From Bdellovibrionota bacterium (GTDB lineage Bacteria > Bdellovibrionota_C > UBA2361 > OMII01): DNA of 64,000 nt. This document shows positions 30,054 through 39,943 of the stretch, piece after piece; positions within the stretch are counted from its first letter, which is position 1; each line of letters starts with the position of its first letter. Both the position numbers and the translations under genes were made by a program. The stretch lies in assembly GCA_044345405.1 (NCBI GenBank), contig JBIJBE010000006.1, positions 1 to 64,000 of the forward strand, given 5' to 3'. Below the pieces are notes generated by a model, which was given only the letters and a program-made list of their open reading frames with translations, searched no databases and was not told the DNA's origin.

Positions 30054-30983
30054 CTATCCAAGCGCCTGCCGCAACTGCGAGTTGAACTTCTCAGTATTGG
30101 ACCGGATCAGCTGCTCAAGCGCCGCCTCACTATCCGCGCGCCCTTCAAGCAACCCCCGCGAGACATTCACAAGAGCGCCACCGCGCGCGCCGTTCCTCGT
30201 GGCGAATCCCGCCGTAGCGTCGTCGGCTCCCGCTCCCTGCGCGCCGAAGCCGGGCATGAGGAAGAACGTGGTTGGAAGAGTGGCTCGTAGCGCCCGAGCC
30301 TCATCGGGATACGAAGCGCCAACCACGGCGCCCAATCCTGAGAATCCGCATTCTCCCTCAAGTCGACGGGCATTCGTCGCAAGCCATTCCGCGATGTGAC
30401 CACTCACCGTTTTCCCCTTGCTCTCTAATCCCTGAATATCTTTCGCGCCCGGGTTTGAGGTTTGCAGAAGAATGAACAGGCCCTTGCCGTATCTTTCGCA
30501 GTCCGTGACGAAGGGCTCCAAGGTGTCGAATCCAAGGAAGGGATTGATCGTGAGCGCGTCGCACTCAAACGCGACCTGACGTGATCCACGAACTGTGACA
30601 CCACTAATAAACGCCGCGCTATACGCCGCCGCCGTCGATCCGATATCTCCTCGCTTAGCATCGATGATAAGAGGGATATGAGCGACTCGAATGGCGTCAC
30701 AGAGACGCTTGAAGGCGTTCAAACCGGCAAGACCGTACTGCTCGAAGAACGCGATGTTCGGCTTAATCGCGGCGACCTTGCCGGTGACCGAGGCGAGAAA
30801 GATATCGCCAAAGCGGGAGAGCGCTCGTTCGATAAACTCACTATCGCTCTTAGTCGCTCGTTGCGCCTCATCGAGCAAAAAGGATGGAAGCTTATCCAAG
30901 ACGGGGTCACACCCGGCAACGAGCGCGCTCTTTGATGAATCGATTGAAGCTTGAAGTCGATCCGCGAATGAAGTCATGGTCAT
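30054..30983 (-). CDS. pyrF: orotidine-5'-phosphate decarboxylase
   Basis: GCDP, KPNIAFFE, DAKRGDIGST, TSNPG, MPGFGAQG, NVSR. Confidence 0.95.
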   Translation of the reverse strand: MTMTSFADRLQASIDSSKSALVAGCDPVLDKLPSFLLDEAQRATKSDSEFIERALSRFGDIFLASVTGKVAAIKPNIAFFEQYGLAGLNAFKRLCDAIRVAHIPLIIDAKRGDIGSTAAAYSAAFISGVTVRGSRQVAFECDALTINPFLGFDTLEPFVTDCERYGKGLFILLQTSNPGAKDIQGLESKGKTVSGHIAEWLATNARRLEGECGFSGLGAVVGASYPDEARALRATLPTTFFLMPGFGAQGAGADDATAGFATRNGARGGALVNVSRGLLEGRADSEAALEQLIRSNTEKFNSQLRQALG

Positions 30984-31002
30984 ACCCCCGTGTACAGTTT
31001 GC

Positions 31003-32103
31003 TCACCTTCGTACTATCTCCTGAAGTACAGCGAAAGGATCTGAGGAAGGCTCTGCTTCCATCTTTCTCTGCGCTTCCCGTATCGCGTTCATAAAAGCTC
31101 CCCAATCTCGGTCGCGTTGAATGAAGAGCTCTCGGAACACCCAGATATTCGAGAGATAAAGCTTCAATTGAATGATATCGGCGTTGTTTACCTCCTTGAG
31201 GATTTGGAGGGTTGGAAATCGCTGCCGGAACGGTTTCATAATCGAGTCAAACACCTGAACTCTACGAACGATCTTTTCCTCAGAGGAGAGCGCCGGATCG
31301 GTATAAAGCTTTTCAAGGGAGGAAAAGAGGGTATCAATCAGATCCGCGAGCTCGAATTGGAAGGCGTACTCCCGTTGAGCCACCGCGAGCTGTCGCTCAT
31401 CCTCTCCGCACTCACCTCGCGCCGCGCGACACTCCTTCACTCGATTCGAGAAGAAGTCGACAGCTCCTTGTGACCCAACGAAGTTCGCGAGGCTCTCGTT
31501 AAAGGGAACAGTGCCAGGTATCCACACGGTGGTGTGAACGCTCTCATGAATCACGGTGTTCGCGATCCGACTCGGGGCGTTCTTGAGCGTTGTGGAAACG
31601 ACCGGATCATCGAACCATCCAAGGGTACTAAATGCCTCGGTCCCTCGTATCGACGCCTCGAATCCGAGCGCTTGCAGATCTTTTACCTGCGCTTCAGCGT
31701 CGGCTTTATCGAAGAAGCCCTTGTACGGAACGGTGCCCACTATCGGAAACCACCACGTATACATCGCGAAGGCGTCCCGCCGAGAGGCGACAACGACCCA
31801 CGCGAGGGGATCTCGAGACACTTCGGCGAAGCTCTTGAAAGAGCCTCCCGGATTGAGGCCGATTTGTTCAGCGAACGTGCGAGCATCCACCACTATACGC
31901 AGCTTCGCTCTCTCATCAGAGGAGGTGGTCGGATCTTCGATAACCTTGGAGATATCTCGTCGAGCGAGGAGTATCTTACTCTGTTCATACGCTCCGCGAA
32001 GAACATAGCCCGGCGAGCACGCCGCTGCGCCAGTAACCACAACCGCGGCGCACCCCAACATCACTCGCGTCGCGATCTTCATGGAACGAAAGGAGACATT
32101 CAC
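31003..32103 (-). CDS. putative aminopeptidase (zinc, DUF2265-like) lipoprotein
   Basis: WWFPIVGTVPYKGFF, AFSTLGWFDDP, IHESVH, FNESLANFVG. Confidence 0.85.
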   Translation of the reverse strand: MNVSFRSMKIATRVMLGCAAVVVTGAAACSPGYVLRGAYEQSKILLARRDISKVIEDPTTSSDERAKLRIVVDARTFAEQIGLNPGGSFKSFAEVSRDPLAWVVVASRRDAFAMYTWWFPIVGTVPYKGFFDKADAEAQVKDLQALGFEASIRGTEAFSTLGWFDDPVVSTTLKNAPSRIANTVIHESVHTTVWIPGTVPFNESLANFVGSQGAVDFFSNRVKECRAARGECGEDERQLAVAQREYAFQFELADLIDTLFSSLEKLYTDPALSSEEKIVRRVQVFDSIMKPFRQRFPTLQILKEVNNADIIQLKLYLSNIWVFRELFIQRDRDWGAFMNAIREAQRKMEAEPSSDPFAVLQEIVRR

Positions 32104-32564
32104 ACTACGTACCTCGCGGCGATCATTCCTAGGAGCGCGAAAACTCCAGCCACAACATCATCCGCCATAATTCCAACGGCCCCCGGAAGTCGTTCAGCCG
32201 AACGAATCGGGCCGACCTTTGATATATCGAAGATCCGAAAGAGTATAACGGCGAGAAGCACCTGCCACCCCACGCGCCAATTTACTCCGACAAGGGCTAC
32301 GAAGAGTCCCGCCCACTCATCGATTACGATCCATTGAGGGTCCTTGGCGGAATTGGCTCCCAAACTCAATCGAATCGCGAGCGTGCCAAGAACGATCGTC
32401 ACAACCGCGCACGCCCACTGCGCTTCAACAGAAGCGAGCGCTCCTGCCCACGACAGCGCAAGCCACACGACGGCGGCCGCTACCGTTCCGAACGTTCCGG
32501 GCGCTTTCGGAGCGTATCCGCTTCCAAATCCACTGCTGACTAATGAGGCGATTCGCGAAGACAT
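32100..32564 (-). CDS. pgpA: phosphatidylglycerophosphatase A
   Basis: GYAPKAPGTFGT, DPQWIVIDEWAG, FRIFDISK, GIMADDVVAG. Confidence 0.93.
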   Translation of the reverse strand: MSSRIASLVSSGFGSGYAPKAPGTFGTVAAAVVWLALSWAGALASVEAQWACAVVTIVLGTLAIRLSLGANSAKDPQWIVIDEWAGLFVALVGVNWRVGWQVLLAVILFRIFDISKVGPIRSAERLPGAVGIMADDVVAGVFALLGMIAARYVV

Positions 32565-32986
32565 GCGGCCTCAACTATGCCACGGACGCGACGATAACAC
32601 ACGACGAATGATCCACCCTCTCTTCACCGTTTCCATACTTCTCGGAGCAAGCTTCAAGCTCTTCGCAAAAGTAAAGAGGAAGTCGAGAAATTTTTTCAAA
32701 AACGCGCGCTTTCTTTTTTCGCGTTGGAGAGGTTTTTCAAAACTTGTTTGTTGACGTTCGGATCGCCGCTTTGGTATAAGTTGCTTAAAGTAACTCGATT
32801 CACGAATTGTGTCATCGGGGTTTTTTGTGAGCATTCGCGAAAAATTCGATGGGCAGTTCGAGAGCCACGAGAAACTCGTTATGAAGTAACATTCAGGGCG
32901 CGTCTGAAGTTTTTCAGCGCCGTTTTTCTCCTGGATTTTTTCATATCGCAGCACTACAATGCCGCCCTCTTGCTTCTTGGAGTACT

Positions 32987-33904
32987 ATGACTGGCTCGTT
33001 CAACGATGACGAAAATTTGGGATTCGAAGCGGATACGTCTTCGCTTCAAGGTTTAGGGATCTCAACTTCCTCTCTAAAAGTTGAAGAACAGGAGGGTGAA
33101 ACCCGAAGTAGCGTCATCACCGCGCGTGGAACCGCCGAGGGGCTCGTTCTCCGCATCGATGGCAGAGTTCAGGAGCAAGACCTTACCGTTGCGGTTCGTG
33201 ACTTCCTCGAATCCCGCCGGTCGTTCCTCCAAGGAAACGACGTAGCGTTCGAGTGGGTCGGCCGCAAACCAAGCGACGACCTAGTCCACGATCTCACTAA
33301 CCTTCTCGCCTCAGAGTTCAAAGTTTCCGTGCGTAGCTCCAAGCTTAAGGGAGCGGGTGCTAAGCCAGCCACCAGCGAGAGCTCGATTCCTGTATTCAAT
33401 GGCCCACGGACAACCTCTCCAACTCGCGTTGCCGCGCCAACCCCAGAGCGAAACGTTAGTCTCTTTGATGGCATGGACAGTATCGAGAGCCGAACGAGCG
33501 TCGCCGCCAACTCTATGTTGTGGGACGAGCCGGATACCCGAATCATCTACGGCACCCTCCGCTCGGGTCAAAAGGTTGAAACGGAACACTCCATCGTCAT
33601 CTTCGGAGATGTGAACTCCGGGGCCGAGGTAATCGCGGGTGGCGATATCGTGATCCTGGGAACGCTTCGTGGAATCGCCCATGCAGGGGCGTACGATGAG
33701 AGCGGAGGGGGGCGCGTTATCTTTAGCCTCAACCTCCAACCAACGCAGCTCCGCATCGGCCTTGTGATCTCTCGGGGATCAGGGTCCGAGAACTTCGAGA
33801 GCACCCCTCGTGGCGGCATCCCAGAGATCGCCCGAGTGGAAGGAAACCTTATTGTTGTAGAACCTTACCAATCACGCACTGTTTGGACACGTAGAAGGGA
33901 GTAA
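32987..33904 (+). CDS. minC: septum site-determining protein MinC
   Basis: TLRSGQKV...GDVNSGAEVIAGGDIVILGTLRGIAHAG; upstream of minD. Confidence 0.92.
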   Translation: MTGSFNDDENLGFEADTSSLQGLGISTSSLKVEEQEGETRSSVITARGTAEGLVLRIDGRVQEQDLTVAVRDFLESRRSFLQGNDVAFEWVGRKPSDDLVHDLTNLLASEFKVSVRSSKLKGAGAKPATSESSIPVFNGPRTTSPTRVAAPTPERNVSLFDGMDSIESRTSVAANSMLWDEPDTRIIYGTLRSGQKVETEHSIVIFGDVNSGAEVIAGGDIVILGTLRGIAHAGAYDESGGGRVIFSLNLQPTQLRIGLVISRGSGSENFESTPRGGIPEIARVEGNLIVVEPYQSRTVWTRRRE

Positions 33905-33907
33905 TTG

Positions 33908-34735
33908 ATGAACACGCGAAGAGACAACGCAGGGAAGAAGGACCTTGGCGAGGTAATCGTAATCACCTCAGGAAAGGGTGGAGTTGGGAAGACAACGACT
34001 ACCGCAAGCCTCGGTGCGGCTCTCGCCCTCCGCGGTCAACGAGTTCTCGTTGTTGACGCTGATATCGGACTCCGTAACCTCGACATGATGCTCGGCCTTG
34101 AGAACCGCATCGTGTTCAACGTGGTCGATGTAGCCAAGAAGATCTGCAAGCCAGCTCAAGCTATCATCAAGTCCAAGAAGTCAAACAATCTCTACCTCTT
34201 ACCAGCGTCGCAGACGGATGATAAGGACGTAGTCGATGAGGCTGAGATCCGGTATGTGCTCGAGCAGTTCCGGCGTGAGTTCCACTACGTCCTCGTAGAC
34301 TCCCCAGCTGGTATCGAGCAGGGCTTCCGTAACGCGTGCGCAGGCGCTGAGTCCGCTATCGTGGTAACCACCCCTGAGGTATCCGCAATCCGAGATGCTG
34401 ACCGAGTCGTTGGTCTTCTCTCCTCGAAGGGTATCGAGGCTAAGCTCATCATCAACCGTATCGACTTCGAGATGGTTCGTCGTGGAGACATGCTCTCCGT
34501 ACGAGATGTTCAGGACATCTTGGGCATCGAGATCATCGGTGTTGTAGAGCGCGACGATCAGATCATCTCCGCCGCAAACTGCGGAGAGCCCGTTGTGTAC
34601 AACCAGAAATCAAAGGCAGGGCAGGCGTTTACCCGAATCGCGGCACGAGTATGCGGCGAACAGGTTCCTGTTCCGAGCTTTGACACCGGTTCCTTGTGGA
34701 GCCGTATCAGCCGTAAACTTGGTGTGAACGCTTAG
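33908..34735 (+). CDS. minD: septum site-determining protein MinD
   Basis: SGKGGVGKTTT, DIGLRNLD, DSPAGIE, EVSAIRDADR. Confidence 0.96.
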   Translation: MNTRRDNAGKKDLGEVIVITSGKGGVGKTTTTASLGAALALRGQRVLVVDADIGLRNLDMMLGLENRIVFNVVDVAKKICKPAQAIIKSKKSNNLYLLPASQTDDKDVVDEAEIRYVLEQFRREFHYVLVDSPAGIEQGFRNACAGAESAIVVTTPEVSAIRDADRVVGLLSSKGIEAKLIINRIDFEMVRRGDMLSVRDVQDILGIEIIGVVERDDQIISAANCGEPVVYNQKSKAGQAFTRIAARVCGEQVPVPSFDTGSLWSRISRKLGVNA

Positions 34736-34836
34736 CGGTTTTCATCTGTACGGGTTGTCCATTTACAGTTAGAGTTACGTAACAGTTAGGTCATTCGGAA
34801 ACGGAGTTTTTCCGACAACTGAGGGAGTTTCAAAAC

Positions 34837-35190
34837 GTGTTTAACGCGCTCAAGAAAAAGCTCTTCGGCGAGAGCAACGAAAGCAAAGAAACAGCGAAGA
34901 GCCGACTTCACTTCGTGCTTGTACAGGATCGAACCGGTCTCACAAACGAGGAGATGGCAGGTTTCCGCGAAGAGATGGTTAAGGTTATCGAGAAGTACTT
35001 CGTTATCGATAAGGAAGGCTTCGACATCAAGTATCACCGCCTCGCTGATACAACGACCCTTCTCATCAACTCCCCCGTCATCGTTCGCCGGTCGACATCG
35101 GGCTCAAGTTCAAAGAGCGCTCGTGTGACTGAGACTGAGGCAGAGAACGAAACCGATACCGAAACAGCTGCTGTAGCGTCAAACGTATAG
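34837..35190 (+). CDS. minE: cell division topological specificity factor MinE
   Basis: SKETAKSRLHFVLVQDR; follows minD. Confidence 0.9.
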   Translation: MFNALKKKLFGESNESKETAKSRLHFVLVQDRTGLTNEEMAGFREEMVKVIEKYFVIDKEGFDIKYHRLADTTTLLINSPVIVRRSTSGSSSKSARVTETEAENETDTETAAVASNV

Positions 35191-35213
35191 TCGCGACCTT
35201 CGGGATCCACGAG

Positions 35214-35254
35214 ACCCCACCACCGTAGAGATACGGTGGTGGGGTTTTGCTTTT
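35214..35254 (+). terminator. intrinsic terminator of minCDE
   Basis: ACCCCACCACCGTA/TACGGTGGTGGGGT stem followed by TTTGCTTTT. Confidence 0.85.
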
Positions 35255-35282
35255 GGATTCCACTTTATTCGTGGAAGGTCCG

Positions 35283-35395
35283 ACGTGCACATGCTCGTGC
35301 ACCTAAACGTGAACGTATACGAAGGATAACCCCAGCAGCAGAAGCACGAAGCCCTTCGGGGTCGGGTCTGGTGCACGTTTACGTTCACGTTCACG
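35283..35395. repeat. degenerate hexamer-repeat inverted element
   Basis: CGTGCAC/CGTGAAC units on the left arm; GTGCACGTTTACGTTCACGTTCACG on the right arm. Confidence 0.55.
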
Positions 35396-35506
35396 GCTTT
35401 ATGCGCGAGAGTTTGGTGGAAACTCGGCTTTGATGCTACCTGTGTATGTACATAGAAAACAGCGGCGGGATAGGATAGGCAAAACGATTTTCCGAGGACC
35501 TCTTGC

Positions 35507-36811
35507 ATGCTGCGTCAATTCAACCGACTCATCGCTCTCGCCCTCCTTATCGCGGTCACGATCTACATCACGCTCACAAACTCAGAGACAGCCACAATTA
35601 AGCTTGGCCCCTCAATCACCGTTACCACATACGCCGGTGTAATCTATCTTGGGGTCTTCTTTATCGGATGCGTCGTAACCTCCGTGGTGGCGCTCTTCTT
35701 CGGCTTTAAGAGCTATTTGCGAGAGCGAAAGCTTAGGGCCGCCTCTCGGTCGCACCAACTCTTCTTCGAACTCTTCCTCAAGGCGCGAAGCTATATGGCG
35801 AGTGGGGAATGGGGCGCGGCTCGCGCTATCTGGGAGCAGGTTCTTCAACAGGACCCCGAGAACACAATCGCTCGGGTTGAGCTCGCTACCTGCGTTGAGA
35901 ATCTCGGCGACGTGCGGGAAGCGCTCAAGGTTCTCGATACGATGCGAGCCAGCAACCACATGAACGCCGCGGTTCTCTTTAAGGCGGTTGAGCTCAACCG
36001 AAAGCTGGGCAACAACACCGCGGCGAAGGACAACCTCGCGCTTCTGGTTCAAGAAGCGCCCACCAAGCGCGCTCTAGAGCTCGCCCGAAATATCGCCGAA
36101 GAGCTTGGTCGGATCGATGACGCGATGGATTACCAACGCTCACTCGAGAAGATCGGACACGTCTCTGAAGAGATGGTAGAGGCGAAGACCCGCCTCTCGT
36201 TCGAACAACTCGTGCGCTCCGTCGAAAACGAGAATTCTCTGCGCGAAACATTGACCGTCTTTGTGAAGAAGAACCCGACCTACGTGCCGGCGCTTGAACG
36301 ACTCGCGCAACTAGAGATCAATCGAGGGCGTCTCGATGAGGGCGCGGAGCTTCTCGTGAAGGCCGCGAAGCTCTCTGAAGGGAACCTCTCAAAGTGGAAC
36401 ACCATCATCGATCTCTGGCTTCGCTCCGCCCCTGGAGACTTCAGCCGTCGAGCTGAGCGCGCGCTCGCCGCGGCTCGAAGCGCGACGCAGGGGCTTCACG
36501 GAGGAAAGAGGCTCGACGCTGAGTTCGTCGTGGCGAAAACCCTCCTGGCGGTGAATCGAGCCGAGGACGCTCGGACTCTCCTTGAAAACCTCTCCACCCT
36601 CGCTGACAAGGAGAAGGTGTCTCTCACTCCAAGCCAAACGCAAACACGAACCCACCTCATGGGGCTGTGCATGGCTCGCCTTGGCCTCTCGAAAGACACC
36701 TCTAGCCTATGGGAATCACTCGTAGAGCCAACTCTTCCGGCCACGGAGACTGGAAAGAAACCGCCATTATCTGATAGAGGTGAACCATCGCCGGCGCTCT
36801 CGACGCCGTAG
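35507..36811 (+). CDS. LapA-like membrane anchor fused to TPR repeats (LapB-like)
   Basis: Two N-terminal TM helices with LapA-type spacing followed by TPR-like helices. Confidence 0.7.
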   Translation: MLRQFNRLIALALLIAVTIYITLTNSETATIKLGPSITVTTYAGVIYLGVFFIGCVVTSVVALFFGFKSYLRERKLRAASRSHQLFFELFLKARSYMASGEWGAARAIWEQVLQQDPENTIARVELATCVENLGDVREALKVLDTMRASNHMNAAVLFKAVELNRKLGNNTAAKDNLALLVQEAPTKRALELARNIAEELGRIDDAMDYQRSLEKIGHVSEEMVEAKTRLSFEQLVRSVENENSLRETLTVFVKKNPTYVPALERLAQLEINRGRLDEGAELLVKAAKLSEGNLSKWNTIIDLWLRSAPGDFSRRAERALAAARSATQGLHGGKRLDAEFVVAKTLLAVNRAEDARTLLENLSTLADKEKVSLTPSQTQTRTHLMGLCMARLGLSKDTSSLWESLVEPTLPATETGKKPPLSDRGEPSPALSTP

Positions 36812-36835
36812 CGCAACGATTAGGAAAAACAACAT

Positions 36836-38356
36836 ATGACATCCCCTACCCTCCTCTGCATCCTCGACGGATTTGGCCTCAATCCCAAAACAGAGGGCAA
36901 CGCAGTAGCCCAAGCCAAGAAGCCCGTTATTGACGGGCTCTTGAAGAGCTATCCTCACGCGACCCTCACCACCTTCGGCGAGCAGGTTGGATTGCCCGAA
37001 GGCCAGATGGGGAATTCTGAAGTGGGGCATCTCAATATCGGCGCGGGACGGGTCGTTGAGCAGTGGCTCCTTCGAATCAGCCGCGCATTCCAGGGAAGCT
37101 TCTTAAAGGAATCTCCTGAGTACACGAACTTCATCTCCTCGACCGCTTCCGCGAAGACGATCCATATCGTTGGATTGTACAGCACCGGCGGTGTTCACTC
37201 TCACCTTGAGCACATGAAGCTCTTCGTGAAGCGGCTCGTTAAGGACAACAAAAACTCAAAGATCGCGCTTCACCTTATTAGCGATGGCCGCGACGTATCT
37301 CCAACCTCGTTCAAGACGGACCTTGCGGACCTACAGAGCTTCTTGGAGGGATATCCTCGCTGCACCGTTGCCTCAATTTGCGGACGATTCTTCGCGATGG
37401 ACCGTGACAAGCGATGGGAGCGCGTGCAGGTCGCGTACGACGCTATCGCGCTCGGTAAGGGCACAGTCACAACGGACCTCACTTCGCACATCACCGAAAG
37501 CTACACGAAGGGCACAACCGATGAGTTCCTTGAACCAGCGGTGACCTCAAGTCAAACGCTTGAGGCAACCGACGGGCTTGTGTTCTTCAACTTCCGCGAG
37601 GACCGCATGCGCGAAATCGTCTCCGCTCTCTGCGCCGAGAAGTTCGATGGATTCGCTCGAACGGCTCCACTTCTTCCGAAATCGAACGTTCTCTGCTTCA
37701 CGGATTACGATCACACCCTTCACCTCCCCTTCCTCTTCGCTCAGTTGGACATCAAGAATCACCTTGGCGAGACCGTAGCGGCAGCCGGTAAGAAGCAACT
37801 TCGTGTCGCGGAGACCGAGAAGTACCCTCACGTTACCTACTTCCTCAACGGTGGCATTGAGACACCATACGAGGGAGAGGACCGTAAGATGATCCCATCC
37901 CCTCGGGACGTGAAGACCTATGACCTCAAACCTGAGATGAGCGCGCCTGGTGTCACGGAACTCGTTGTTGAGGGCATCCGTTCGAACAAGTACGACCTTA
38001 TCGTGGTGAACTTCGCGAACTGCGACATGGTTGGTCACACCGGAGTTGTTGCAGCCGGCGTTAAGGCCGTAGAGACGGTCGACGCGTGCCTTGGGCAGAT
38101 CTTAAACGTCTTGAAGGACGCGAAGGGGCAAGCGCTTATCATAGCTGATCACGGAAACGCTGAGCTGATGGTGAACTATGAGGATGGAACGCCTCACACC
38201 GCGCATACTACCTATCCCGTGCCGGTTATCCTTGTTGACCACGGCGACAAGATTACGTTGCGGACTAACGGCGCGCTGTGCGATGTCGCTCCGACGATCC
38301 TGAAGATGATGGGATTGCCTCAGCCGAAGGAGATGACGGGGAAGGCGTTGTTTTAG
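36836..38356 (+). CDS. gpmI: 2,3-bisphosphoglycerate-independent phosphoglycerate mutase
   Basis: ILDGFG, GQMGNSEVGH, DGRD, MDRDKRW, ETEKYPHVT, DMVGHTG, ADHGN. Confidence 0.97.
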   Translation: MTSPTLLCILDGFGLNPKTEGNAVAQAKKPVIDGLLKSYPHATLTTFGEQVGLPEGQMGNSEVGHLNIGAGRVVEQWLLRISRAFQGSFLKESPEYTNFISSTASAKTIHIVGLYSTGGVHSHLEHMKLFVKRLVKDNKNSKIALHLISDGRDVSPTSFKTDLADLQSFLEGYPRCTVASICGRFFAMDRDKRWERVQVAYDAIALGKGTVTTDLTSHITESYTKGTTDEFLEPAVTSSQTLEATDGLVFFNFREDRMREIVSALCAEKFDGFARTAPLLPKSNVLCFTDYDHTLHLPFLFAQLDIKNHLGETVAAAGKKQLRVAETEKYPHVTYFLNGGIETPYEGEDRKMIPSPRDVKTYDLKPEMSAPGVTELVVEGIRSNKYDLIVVNFANCDMVGHTGVVAAGVKAVETVDACLGQILNVLKDAKGQALIIADHGNAELMVNYEDGTPHTAHTTYPVPVILVDHGDKITLRTNGALCDVAPTILKMMGLPQPKEMTGKALF

Positions 38357-38403
38357 GGAGCCCACATAGCGGCGACCGGCCTTCCGTCATGCGCCCCGTG
38401 ACC

Positions 38404-38498
38404 AGGGAGGGCGACCATTCCTGGTCGCCGAGAGGTTGGGTACTTAGATAGAACCTTCGCCTCACGTAACACGGCGGTCAGGAATGACCGCCCTCCCT
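38404..38498. repeat. inverted REP doublet (REPIN-like)
   Basis: AGGGAGGGCGACCATTCCTGGTCGCCG (38404-38430) and inverted AGGGAGGGCGGTCATTCCTGACCGCCG (38472-38498). Confidence 0.75.
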
Positions 38499-38593
38499 AG
38501 CACCGCGCCCCTCCCCCTCTTCCTGACTTACCACCCAACTCAATCCCTGGTACGGTTTGGACGATCGTATAGTAATCCCAACCGGACCGCCGC

Positions 38594-39943
38594 ATGCCCC
38601 GCTCACGCGCATATCTACTCCTAACCATCGCGATCGGGCTTCTTACCCTCGCCTTTTACCTCGGGCTTGAGTCCTACATGCGGCCCTACGCCTTGCAGGG
38701 GATGTACTTCCAGGAATGGTCGTCCGAGACGATGATGCAGACGTTATCGATTGAGGACCTTCGGCATGCGCCCCTTCAATCATTGTGGAACCTCCACATG
38801 CAACCTCCGCTTTTGGATACCATCCGAGCGATTCTCGCCCATCTCGCCAACGCGAACGAAGGGGTGGCGTTGGTACGCGAAGTCGACCAGGACCTCTACA
38901 TGGTGTGGGCACTCGGCGCGGCGACACTAGCTATCGTGATGTTTCGATGGTTAAAGCAGCTCACAAACACCTCGTTGGCGTTCCTCGCGACACTTCTCTT
39001 CATGATCCATCCAGGGGTCATGTTTTACGCCACCCTCCTCGATGGCACCTTCCTCTCCTCAATCTTGATATTCGGGACCTACTACGAACTCTGGAAGCTG
39101 CGCCGAGATCCCAACCGTTCCATCCTTCCAGTCACGTGTCTCTTTCTCGCCCTCGCGCTCTTACGCACCCTCTTCCAATGGCCCGCGGTCGTCATCTTTG
39201 CCGTGGCGCTTATCTTAATGAGGGTCCCGAAACGGTCTATTCTTACCTACCTCGCGATATGCCTGGTGGTGTTAGGTTCCTACATCACAAAACAATACAT
39301 GTTGTTCGGCACAACCTCCTCATTCGGATGGAGGGGACTGAACATGTGCCGCTCAATAGGCAGCTCCGATCGATATGAGATGGGGCGATACCACGACGCC
39401 ATACATTCGGTGGCGACACCATCTGCCGCGGAGGGGAGCGTACCCTCTGCTCTCTCTCGACGCGTGAAGGTAAGCGGCACTCCTAACTTTAATCATGTGA
39501 GCTTCCTACCTCTTAACAGAGAGATGGCGGACTATTGCTCCGCTCGACTTACGGAGCTTCCCCTTCCGACGTTGCTTCAGGGCTATCGGGTCAATTGGGA
39601 TATCTATTTCTCACCTTCGAGCCGCTACGTGACTGAGAATGAGATCGTGAAGCGACTTCCGTGGCGAGAGCGATACGACACCATCTTCTCGAGTCCGGTC
39701 CTGCCCGTCGCTATCGGCGTCGCCCTGATGGTGACGATACTCTCTCTACGCGGTAACACACTTCTCCCTCACCTCGGACTGCTTCTTCCGGCAGCCTATA
39801 TCCTCACGCTCTCGGTGATAGGGGAGCGAGGCGAGAATATGCGGTTAAAGATCTTCCTTGAGCCCCTCTTCTACGTCTTTATCATCGGCGCGATATACAG
39901 GGTCTACTTCGCCTTCATATCGCGGCGGAGCTCACCTCGGTAA
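38594..39943 (+). CDS. polytopic membrane protein, probable GT-C fold glycosyltransferase
   Basis: Multiple TM helices; LHMQPPL and ENMR motifs. Confidence 0.6.
   Translation: MPRSRAYLLLTIAIGLLTLAFYLGLESYMRPYALQGMYFQEWSSETMMQTLSIEDLRHAPLQSLWNLHMQPPLLDTIRAILAHLANANEGVALVREVDQDLYMVWALGAATLAIVMFRWLKQLTNTSLAFLATLLFMIHPGVMFYATLLDGTFLSSILIFGTYYELWKLRRDPNRSILPVTCLFLALALLRTLFQWPAVVIFAVALILMRVPKRSILTYLAICLVVLGSYITKQYMLFGTTSSFGWRGLNMCRSIGSSDRYEMGRYHDAIHSVATPSAAEGSVPSALSRRVKVSGTPNFNHVSFLPLNREMADYCSARLTELPLPTLLQGYRVNWDIYFSPSSRYVTENEIVKRLPWRERYDTIFSSPVLPVAIGVALMVTILSLRGNTLLPHLGLLLPAAYILTLSVIGERGENMRLKIFLEPLFYVFIIGAIYRVYFAFISRRSSPR

Noticed and set aside
32571-32990. ORFs in the pgpA-minC intergenic region
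   Set aside because: No RBS or recognisable motifs; more likely a divergent promoter region.
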